44,070 bases of DNA from Gaiellaceae bacterium (GTDB taxonomy: Bacteria; Actinomycetota; Thermoleophilia; Gaiellales; Gaiellaceae), in contig DASWGR010000002.1 of the NCBI GenBank assembly GCA_036393535.1, positions 1 through 44,070 of the forward strand, in the 5' to 3' direction. Positions 37,024 through 44,070 of the stretch are shown here, piece by piece; the first letter of the stretch is position 1, and every line of letters begins with the position of its first letter. The notes below the pieces were generated by a model that saw nothing but the letters and a program-made list of their open reading frames with translations, was not told where the DNA came from and ran no database searches. The position numbers and the translations under genes are program-made.

Positions 37024-37872
37024 GTGAGTGCGATCTCCGTCCGCAAGCTCACGAAGGCCTATGGCACCGACGAGGCTCTGCGCGGGATCAGCTTCGAGAT
37101 CAAGGAAGGGGAGGTCTTCGGCCTGCTCGGCCCGAACGGCGCGGGCAAGACGACGACGATCGAGATCCTCGAGGGCTACCGCACGCGCGACGCCGGTGAA
37201 GTCGATGTCCTCGGCTTCGATCCCGAGCGTGCCGGGTCAGCGTTCCGGGAACGCATCGGCGTCGTCCTGCAGCAGTCCCAGCTCTGGCCAAACCTGACGG
37301 TCTCCGAGACGCACCGGATGTTCGCGGGGTACTACGAACATCCGCGCAACGTAGACGAGGTGATCGCACTCGTCGGGCTCGCAGAAAAGAGCGATGCGCG
37401 CGTGAAGACGCTGTCCGGCGGGCAGAAGCGACGCCTCGACCTGGGCGTCGCGCTCGTCGGTGACCCGGATCTCGTCTTCCTCGACGAGCCCACGACGGGA
37501 TTCGATCCTGCGGCACGTCGCGCAGCGTGGGACATGATCCGCTCGCTGCGTTCGCTCGGCAAGACGATCCTGTTGACGACTCACTATCTCGACGAGGCCG
37601 AGCAACTAGCCGACCGCCTGGCCGTGCTGCGCGAAGGCGTGATCATTCGCGAAGGCACGCCAGCGGAGTTGACCGGCGGTTCGAGCGAGACCGAAGTCCG
37701 GTACCGCAAGAATGGAAAAGAGGTCGTGCTGCGCACGAGCGAGCCCACCAGGCTCTTGCACCGGTTGACCGCCGAGGCGCTGGCCGAAGGCCGGGAGCTG
37801 GACGGTCTCTCAGTGCGCCGGCCGACCCTGGAAGACGTCTACCTCGCGCTCACCGCGGAGCACCAAGAGTGA
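37024..37872 (+). CDS. ABC transporter ATP-binding protein (DrrA/ABC-2 type)
   Basis: Walker A 'GPNGAGKTT', signature 'LSGGQKRR', Walker B 'VFLDEPTTGFD'. GTG start. Confidence 0.92.
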   Translation: MSAISVRKLTKAYGTDEALRGISFEIKEGEVFGLLGPNGAGKTTTIEILEGYRTRDAGEVDVLGFDPERAGSAFRERIGVVLQQSQLWPNLTVSETHRMFAGYYEHPRNVDEVIALVGLAEKSDARVKTLSGGQKRRLDLGVALVGDPDLVFLDEPTTGFDPAARRAAWDMIRSLRSLGKTILLTTHYLDEAEQLADRLAVLREGVIIREGTPAELTGGSSETEVRYRKNGKEVVLRTSEPTRLLHRLTAEALAEGRELDGLSVRRPTLEDVYLALTAEHQE

Positions 37873-38615
37873 GGCTCTTCCGACATCAGCTGAAGTGGGA
37901 GCAGCGGGCCTTCTGGCGCAGCCGCGAGTCGGCGGTGTTCGTGTTCCTCTTCCCGATCCTGCTCTTCACGCTGCTGACAGCCGTCTACAACGGTCACATC
38001 TACGGCCGCCCTGCATCGTGGGCGCTCCTCGCCGGGATGATCGGCTACGGCGCAGCGAACACCGCGTTCGCGGGGCTCGCGATCACGCTCGTCTCTCGCC
38101 GCGAGGTCGGCATCCTGAAGCGGATCCGTGCCACGCCCCTGCCACCGGCTGTCTATCTCACAGCGGTGCTCTTCTCGATCACGTTCGTGTTCGCAATTCA
38201 GGTGGCGTCGCTTTTCGTGCTCGGCCGGGTGCTGAAATCGACCCCCTGGCCTAGCCATCTGTTCTCGCTCGTTCTGGCGCTTGCGCTCGGAGCTGCGGCG
38301 TTCGCAGCCCTCGGCCTGGCGATCACCGGGTTCATCCGCTCGCTCGAGGGCTCGTCCGCGGTCCTCAACGTCATCGTCCTGCCGATGGCGTTTCTGACGG
38401 GATCCTTCGGCCCGACACGGCATTACCCGAAAGTGCTCCGCGCGATCGGCGACGTCCTCCCGCTGAAGTACCTCCTGGACCTGATCAACGGCATCTACCT
38501 GCACGGCCAGCAGCTCTGGGACAAGCCCACGGCCGTGGCCGTGCTGGCCGGTTGGGGGCTTTTCGGAATGGTTGTTGCATTGCGCACTTTTCGCTGGGTG
38601 CCGCGCGAGGGTTAG
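37869..38615 (+). CDS. ABC-2 type transporter permease
   Basis: 248 aa from GTG 37869, a GTGA overlap with the ATPase stop. Six TM segments. 'GILKRIRATPLP' is typical of ABC-2 permeases. Confidence 0.88.
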   Translation: MRLFRHQLKWEQRAFWRSRESAVFVFLFPILLFTLLTAVYNGHIYGRPASWALLAGMIGYGAANTAFAGLAITLVSRREVGILKRIRATPLPPAVYLTAVLFSITFVFAIQVASLFVLGRVLKSTPWPSHLFSLVLALALGAAAFAALGLAITGFIRSLEGSSAVLNVIVLPMAFLTGSFGPTRHYPKVLRAIGDVLPLKYLLDLINGIYLHGQQLWDKPTAVAVLAGWGLFGMVVALRTFRWVPREG

Positions 38616-38645
38616 CCTCGGGCCGGCCCGGTAATACGGGTTGTT

Positions 38646-38999
38646 ATGCAGGTCGAGAACGCCATCGCCTTTGCCATCGAGCAGGAGCCCGCGGGTCTCG
38701 AGATCCGGGTCAACTTCGGCGTCTTTGCAGGGCGCGACGCAACAGCGGCCGAGCTCGAAGAGCTTGGCAAGCTGTTGGTGCCCGAGGCCGGTGAGGTCTC
38801 GATCGTGGGCGAGCAGCGCCATGAGATCTCGGAGGATGCCGAGGTCGTTCTGCACCAGGTCCGCGTCTCCGTTTCACCGGAGAACGTGCCGGACAATCCG
38901 GGCGAGCGGAAAGCATTCTGCGAGCGGCTGGTCACGCTGGCGGAGATCTGGGCGCGCCAGTGCATCAACGAGCGCAGCTCCGAGATCTCGGACCTCTAA
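38646..38999 (+). CDS. hypothetical acidic protein
   Basis: 117 aa with ATG start and GC3-rich codons, 30 nt downstream of the ABC-2 permease. No family recognised. Confidence 0.55.
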   Translation: MQVENAIAFAIEQEPAGLEIRVNFGVFAGRDATAAELEELGKLLVPEAGEVSIVGEQRHEISEDAEVVLHQVRVSVSPENVPDNPGERKAFCERLVTLAEIWARQCINERSSEISDL

Positions 39000-39015
39000 G
39001 CCGAGCTAAGAGACC

Positions 39016-40368
39016 TCAACGAGCTCTCGCTGCTTTGAGAGCCAGGCCCGCGACGCGCGTCGGGCGTCCGGCTCCGGCGATGACCTCGTCCAGCGCCGTG
39101 GCGAAGTCCTCGAGGTCCTGTTCCGAGAGAACGAGCGGCGGTAGGCCCTTGAGCACCGGCAGATCGTGTCCCGCGACCTGGCTCAGGATGCGGTGCTTGG
39201 TAAAAAGCGGAACGGCCACGAGTTGTGCGAACAGCCCCGCCTGCATGCGCTCCATCACCCGCCAGGCCATGCTTCCGGATTCGGGCTCGCCGAATTCCAT
39301 CGCCCACATCAGCCCGAGGCCGCGCACGCCCTTGACGGCGTCATGCGCCTCGACGAGCGGCCGCGTCAGCTCGAGCAACCGCCAGCCGAGCTGCTCGGAT
39401 CGCTCGACGAGCTTCGCATCGTCCAGTTCGCGCAAGGTTGCAAGCCCGGCTGCCATCGCGAGATCGTTCGGCGCAAAGGTGGAGCCGTGGCTGACCGAGT
39501 GCTCGAGCGAGTCGAAGACTCGCTCGTACACGTGCTGCGACATCAGCAGCGCGCCCACGGGCACATAGCCACCGGAAAGGGACTTCGCAACGGTGACGAG
39601 GTCCGGCTCGAGCCCCCAGTGCTCGAATGCGAACAGCTTGCCGGTACGGCCGAAACCGGTCTGCACCTCGTCGACCGCGAAGAGCGTCCCGTAGCTTCGG
39701 CAGAGCTGTTGCGCAGCTTCGAGATAACCGTGCGGAGGCAGGTTCACGCCCTTGCCCTGAATCGGCTCGACGAGGAAGATCGCCACGTCTTCACTGCGCA
39801 GCTCTCGCTCGAGGGCGTCCAGGTCGCCGAACGGAACCTGCGAGAACCCCGGCAGCAGCGGCCCGAAGCGTTCGACGAAGTGCGGATCGCCGTTTGCCGA
39901 GAGCGCGCCCAGCGTCAGACCGTGAAATGCGTGCTCGGTCGAGATCACGCGGGAGCGCCGCGTCGCGGCCCGGCCGAGCTTGAGCGCCGCCTCGACCGCC
40001 TCCGTTCCCGAGCTGGTGAAGAGCACGCGTTCGAGTCGCGCGGGTGTGCGCTTCAGCAGCTCCTCGGCGAGCAGTCCGGGCAGGAGGGACACGCCGAGCT
40101 GCACCGAGCCGGGAGTCTCGAGCTCGAGCGACTCGATCAGCGCGGCGCGGACGTTCGGGTTGTTCCGCCCGACGTTGAACATCCCGAACCCGCCGAGCAG
40201 GTCGAGATACCGATTGCCGTCGGAGTCATAGAGGTACTGGCCCTGTGCACGCGACCAGACGCGATCGAAGCCGATCGTCTTCAGTAGGCGCATGAACTGT
40301 GGGTTGATCGTGCGCGCGTAGAGCTCGTACTCCTCGCCCGAACGCGCTTCGATCAGCTCGCGGATCAC
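39016..40368 (-). CDS. class III pyridoxal-phosphate-dependent aminotransferase (aspartate aminotransferase superfamily)
   Basis: 450 aa. 'SGTEAVEAALKL', 'DEVQTGFGRTGKLFAFEHWG', PLP-Lys context 'TVAKSLSGG'. Substrate cannot be determined from the sequence. Confidence 0.92.
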   Translation of the reverse strand: MIRELIEARSGEEYELYARTINPQFMRLLKTIGFDRVWSRAQGQYLYDSDGNRYLDLLGGFGMFNVGRNNPNVRAALIESLELETPGSVQLGVSLLPGLLAEELLKRTPARLERVLFTSSGTEAVEAALKLGRAATRRSRVISTEHAFHGLTLGALSANGDPHFVERFGPLLPGFSQVPFGDLDALERELRSEDVAIFLVEPIQGKGVNLPPHGYLEAAQQLCRSYGTLFAVDEVQTGFGRTGKLFAFEHWGLEPDLVTVAKSLSGGYVPVGALLMSQHVYERVFDSLEHSVSHGSTFAPNDLAMAAGLATLRELDDAKLVERSEQLGWRLLELTRPLVEAHDAVKGVRGLGLMWAMEFGEPESGSMAWRVMERMQAGLFAQLVAVPLFTKHRILSQVAGHDLPVLKGLPPLVLSEQDLEDFATALDEVIAGAGRPTRVAGLALKAARAR

Positions 40369-40396
40369 CGGCGGAGCGTACCGCCCCGAAAACGAC

Positions 40397-40422
40397 GAGA
40401 GCCCCGCAGCTGCAGGGCTCTC
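40397..40422 (-). terminator. intrinsic terminator after the Thr-rich secreted protein gene
   Basis: GAGAGCCC / GGGCTCTC 8-bp stem around a GCAGCTGC core. On the minus strand it is followed by GTCGTTTTCGGGG. Confidence 0.6.
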
Positions 40423-40443
40423 GATTCCGGAGGTGCTGGACGA

Positions 40444-41073
40444 CTATTTGCCGTGGCCCTTGCCGCCCTTCCCGTGACCGGAGTGGCCATGGGTGGAGGA
40501 GCCGGTGCTGCTGTGGTTCGAGCTGTGCTCCTTCTTCGGCTTCTTGGGCTTTTGCCCGTGACCGGTCGTGCCGGTCGTGGTCGTCGTCTGCGTCGTCGTC
40601 GTGTTGAGGTTCGTCGCTGGGGCTGCGGTGCAGGCGCCGAGCGTGTCGAGGTGAGCCTGGTGAGCCGGCCATGCGGGAGTGGCGATGTTGATGGTGTGCT
40701 GGCCCCCGTTGCCCGTCTTGTGGCAGACGTCAATCTTCACCTGTCCGGTGCCGCTGTCGCCGGTAGTAGTGGTAACCAGCAGCGGCGTCGTGGAGGTCGT
40801 GCTCAGGTTCGTCGAGGTCTGATTCCCGTTCTCGCCGGACTCCGAGTCGAAGTCGCTCTCTTCCGCCTGTTGATCGTCGGCGGACTTCCCTTCGAAATCG
40901 CCGGTCGTCTGCGTCGAGGTCGTCTGGGACTCGGTCGTGCTCGTTCCGGCCGTGCTCACAGTGGAGCCGGTCGTGATCTGCGCAAGTCCGACGCCTGCGG
41001 CGGCGGCGAACGCGAGACCCACGAGCGCGCCGACGAGGGAACGGCGGGTCATGCTGCTGAATCGCTTACGCAC
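40444..41073 (-). CDS. secreted low-complexity protein: Thr/Ser-rich with Cys/His motif and His/Gly/Lys-rich tail
   Basis: Signal peptide 'MTRRSLVGALVGLAFAAAAGVGLA' (an alternative ATG at 41052). Central 'VCHKTGNGGQHTINIATPAWPAHQAHLDTLGAC'. Tail 'THGHSGHGKGGKGHGK'. Confidence 0.7.
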   Translation of the reverse strand: MRKRFSSMTRRSLVGALVGLAFAAAAGVGLAQITTGSTVSTAGTSTTESQTTSTQTTGDFEGKSADDQQAEESDFDSESGENGNQTSTNLSTTSTTPLLVTTTTGDSGTGQVKIDVCHKTGNGGQHTINIATPAWPAHQAHLDTLGACTAAPATNLNTTTTQTTTTTGTTGHGQKPKKPKKEHSSNHSSTGSSTHGHSGHGKGGKGHGK

Positions 41074-41188
41074 TTTGGAATCCCTTCAACGTTGGGGAGT
41101 TGCGGCCTATGGTTGAACAGTCGCCATCTGGCGGCGAAACTTGCGCCCCGCTCCCCCGTCTGAGGGAGTCGTCTACCCGTCAACTGGC

Positions 41189-42622
41189 TCAACGGGCCGG
41201 CGGGGGACGAAACGCGTACACCTTTCCCTCGGTATCGGCTCCGAGCACCGTTCCGGCCACGGTGATCATCGCGGCGACGGTGCCGCCCTTCGTCGGGTAG
41301 GACCAGAGCCTCAGGCCGTTGGCGGCCGCAAGCGCGAAGAAACCACCCGGATCGCCGCCGGTTGCGAACAAGACGTTTCCGACAAGGAGCGGCTTGGCCT
41401 GGTTTCCGTCCCCGAGCGCTTTCGACCAGATCGGCCTGAAGCCGCAACCGGGGTCCACGTGGAAGGCGCGCACGCCATTGCCAAGCCGCCGCCCATCCTT
41501 AGAGATGACCGACTGCGCGGAGTAGATCATCTGCGTCGAGACAGACCATGCCGGCGCGCCGATGAACGGTGCCACACCGTCGCCGAGTGGGATGAAGACG
41601 ACTGGCCCTGCTGACAGGTGCGTGCGGTTGAAGATGTAGAGCGTGCCGTCCTTGTTGTTGAGCGCCGCCAGCGGTGGACATGTCTCTGGTTGGAAGAGCA
41701 ACGGAGCGGCCCCGAAGTCATCGTCCCCCGTCAGGCTGAGATCTGGCAAGTAGGAGTCGGTGACCGTTGCAAGGTCCGGGCTCAGCGCGACGATCCTGTC
41801 ACCGTAACCGGCGTTGTCGATAAAGCACGAGCATTCGTCCGACCAGACGTGCGAGTTTCCGACCCCCGTGTAGACGGTCCCGTCGCTGGGATCGATCGAG
41901 ACGCCACCCCAGCCCCAGATCCCTCCGAGATTGTCGGGCCCGGGCACCGGGTTCCATTGCGAGAAGACGTTGCTCGCATCAAGCGGGATCGCGAGCAGGC
42001 TCCCCTCGGGGAAACCGTTGTCGGCTCCCACGTCGCAGTAGGAGGCGATCGGCACGTAGAGCCGGTCGCCGGCGATGCGCAGTCCACCCCAGACATATTC
42101 GATGTTGGTGCGCGACACGACCTGCTGCGGGTAGCCGGTTGCTTCTGTACCGGTCGCCAGCGAGAGGGCGTGCAGTTGCCCGCTGGCACCGACGACGTAG
42201 AGGAGGCCGCGTGCGAGATCGATCGCGCCCGTGGACGTGATGCCCCAGGTTCCGCAGAGCTCCGTTGTCGTGGTCCCGAGCTCGCGCTGCCACAGCACCG
42301 CACCGTTGTTTACGTCAAGGGCGTAGACCGAGCCGGCCTCGGTGGCGATATAGACGACCTGGCGCCCACCGACGTGGGCGGAGAGTGGAGAGGCGTAGAC
42401 CGGGCCGTCGAGAGTGACCTGCCAGGCTGAAGCCAAGCGGGACACGCTTCGAGGAGTCAGGAGGGAAGAGGGGACCGCGTTCCGGAGTTGGTTGTCATAG
42501 GCGTAGCTCGTCCATGCGACTGGATCGGAAGGCGGCTTCGGCTTCGGCTTGGGCTTTCCGCTCGCACTTGATGCGAAGACGAGGCTAAAGAGCAGCAACC
42601 AGACGAGAACGCGGGTTGACAT
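41189..42622 (-). CDS. secreted PQQ-like/BamB-like beta-propeller repeat protein
   Basis: Signal peptide, (KP)n linker, then repeated 'G.VYALD...G..LW'-type blades ('GSVYALDVNNGAVLWQ', 'GQLHALSLATG', 'GKVYAF'). Confidence 0.85.
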   Translation of the reverse strand: MSTRVLVWLLLFSLVFASSASGKPKPKPKPPSDPVAWTSYAYDNQLRNAVPSSLLTPRSVSRLASAWQVTLDGPVYASPLSAHVGGRQVVYIATEAGSVYALDVNNGAVLWQRELGTTTTELCGTWGITSTGAIDLARGLLYVVGASGQLHALSLATGTEATGYPQQVVSRTNIEYVWGGLRIAGDRLYVPIASYCDVGADNGFPEGSLLAIPLDASNVFSQWNPVPGPDNLGGIWGWGGVSIDPSDGTVYTGVGNSHVWSDECSCFIDNAGYGDRIVALSPDLATVTDSYLPDLSLTGDDDFGAAPLLFQPETCPPLAALNNKDGTLYIFNRTHLSAGPVVFIPLGDGVAPFIGAPAWSVSTQMIYSAQSVISKDGRRLGNGVRAFHVDPGCGFRPIWSKALGDGNQAKPLLVGNVLFATGGDPGGFFALAAANGLRLWSYPTKGGTVAAMITVAGTVLGADTEGKVYAFRPPPAR

Positions 42623-42685
42623 AGGCCGCAGAGCGTACGGTTCGCGATGGACACCTGCTCGCCAGACGCAGGCCGCATTCGTCCC

Positions 42686-44070
42686 TCAGCGCATGCGCGA
42701 GGCGAGCGCTGCCGTCAGCTGTGTCTCGAAATCGCTGGGCGAGTTCAGCAGGGCCACGCGTAGCAGCGTGACTGCGCGACCGCGTTGAAGGAAGAGCACG
42801 TCGTAATTCGCTGAGAATCCGGGTTCGACGGAAAACGTAGCCCGGAATGCCCGCAACCTGGCCGAGATCTTCGGCAACCGAAGCGCTCGAATCGGAGGAC
42901 GGTCATTCGCGTCGAGCCCCAGGTTGTTCACGACGCACCGAACTGTAGGGACGCGTGCCTGGTGCGCGAATGCCTGCTGTGCTTGCTTCGTGGTGGCGTA
43001 GACGCGGGTGAGGCCGACCGCCTCAATCAGGCTCGGAGGATCTCCGAGGTCGTACCGATAGAACACCGGTGAGGCGCTTTCGCCCGTAATCGTGAGCTTG
43101 GACTCATGTCTCGGGTTGAGACAATCATCGCCACCACTTGCAGCTTGCTGGAAACCTTCGGGAAAGTCAGACGCATTGAGCCCGATCTCTTCTGCACGAC
43201 GCTGATCCCTCGTGCTGATCACACGTGCCGCGCCTGTGGGCGGGGAAACCCAGAGAGTGGCCGAGCCGGCTTCCGGCGCGATCGTAGTCGAACCGAGGCA
43301 CCCACCAGGCAGCGTCGAGCTCGCCGTGCACGGGTCGATGTTCGGACCGACGATCGCCGTGAAGTCAGTTGTGCCGCTGACCCTGACGGACCGCGTGAAC
43401 GCGCCCTGCACGTTCGTGCGAGCCTCGAAAAAACTAATCGTCCTATCGTTCCTACGGCCGAGGATGGTGACGTCCGCTCGAGCAAGCGGCTTTCCTCCCT
43501 CGATGACTCTTCCGCCCACGACGGCAGTCTTGCGCTTGCGGTCGTAGCGCGCCCTCACGGACACAGACTCAGGCAACGGCAGCAGCGCCTGCAACTCGTA
43601 TGCGGGCCTGGTCTGCGGCGCCACAAGCGTGCGCCAGCGGTAGTCGCCGGGCGCGGTAGGTGCGACCAACCCTTCGAGGGTCAGCGAAATCGAGGCGGCA
43701 GAGTTCGCGTCGCTCGAAAGACCGGTCGAGCATGCCTGCATGACGTACGCGAGGCCAGCCTGCGATCCGCGATCGACATAAACGGACAGACTCACTTGTT
43801 GACCGGCGAGAGACCTTGAGAGACCCCAAACAGCCGCATGCGCGCCGGGCGCGCATGCCTGGGCTCGGGGGTCCGAAAGGCTCTCGGTAACGTCCTTTGC
43901 GACAAGAGAACCAAAACCGATCGCAAACGACGGACCGTCCGCGTCGACGATCGAGATCGATGCCTGACCGACCTCCGTACCGGACTTTGCCTCGAGATCG
44001 AGCGTGTAGCCGGTCGGCACCTCGATCACGACGTTCCTCGGGAGCGGGGGCTTGTCGGGTGCGAAGTCAA
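42686..44070 (-). CDS. large hypothetical (probably secreted) protein, 5'-partial: frame stays open to the window edge
   Basis: GC3-rich. There is no in-frame stop between the track GTG (44029) and position 44070. No family recognised. Contains a beta-sandwich-like segment 'VVGGRVIEGGKPLARADVTILG'. Confidence 0.65.
   Translation of the reverse strand, partial: DFAPDKPPLPRNVVIEVPTGYTLDLEAKSGTEVGQASISIVDADGPSFAIGFGSLVAKDVTESLSDPRAQACAPGAHAAVWGLSRSLAGQQVSLSVYVDRGSQAGLAYVMQACSTGLSSDANSAASISLTLEGLVAPTAPGDYRWRTLVAPQTRPAYELQALLPLPESVSVRARYDRKRKTAVVGGRVIEGGKPLARADVTILGRRNDRTISFFEARTNVQGAFTRSVRVSGTTDFTAIVGPNIDPCTASSTLPGGCLGSTTIAPEAGSATLWVSPPTGAARVISTRDQRRAEEIGLNASDFPEGFQQAASGGDDCLNPRHESKLTITGESASPVFYRYDLGDPPSLIEAVGLTRVYATTKQAQQAFAHQARVPTVRCVVNNLGLDANDRPPIRALRLPKISARLRAFRATFSVEPGFSANYDVLFLQRGRAVTLLRVALLNSPSDFETQLTAALASRMR

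Noticed and set aside
37839-40287. Long ORFs 37839-38855 (-) and 39166-40287 (+)
   Set aside because: They are antisense to the ABC-2 permease and hypothetical gene, and to the aminotransferase, respectively. Composition is biased and no motifs are present.
41086-41103. GGAAT...GTT on the plus strand between the Thr-rich and beta-propeller genes as a second SigR promoter
   Set aside because: The GTT is only 9 nt from GGAAT rather than 18, and the orientation points away from both minus-strand genes.

Overview
High-GC bacterial chromosomal segment. Third codon positions are overwhelmingly G/C, GTG/TTG starts are frequent, and many genes are joined by ATGA/GTGA overlaps. By inference it fits an Actinomycetota-type genome, possibly Thermoleophilia- or Rubrobacteria-like. 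I can support about 55 densely packed protein genes. They include an M16 peptidase, acs, an M24 peptidase, and an amidohydrolase followed by a three-subunit xanthine-dehydrogenase-family molybdoenzyme and a MocA-like cytidylyltransferase. A cyclophilin follows. A long minus-strand redox block follows: SigR/RsrA-like pair, CxxC HMA protein, GCS2 ligase, second ECF/ZAS pair, DUF6510, FNR-like reductase, SUOX-fold Mo-oxidoreductase. After it come a disulfide reductase, HtrA, a collagen-like secreted protein, and an Rrf2 regulator next to cysPTWA. The rest comprises acnA, a small unknown trio opposite a stand-alone cNMP-binding protein, modABC with an HTH-TOBE regulator, a TPP riboswitch driving a CytX-like permease/PfkB kinase operon, PhzF, a secreted metzincin, an ABC-2 exporter, an aminotransferase, and a cluster of secreted proteins that runs off the 3' end. 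I found no rRNA, tRNA, CRISPR array, transposase or integrase. I see no clear-cut novel defence or mobile system. The best candidates for undescribed biology are modest: the riboswitch-controlled non-ThiD kinase operon, the two-sigma thiol/redox supercluster with its uncharacterised coupled modules, and a tightly coupled trio of small ORFs, one of them below the ORF-track cutoff. All start-codon refinements and regulatory sites are read from the sequence and have not been checked against databases.
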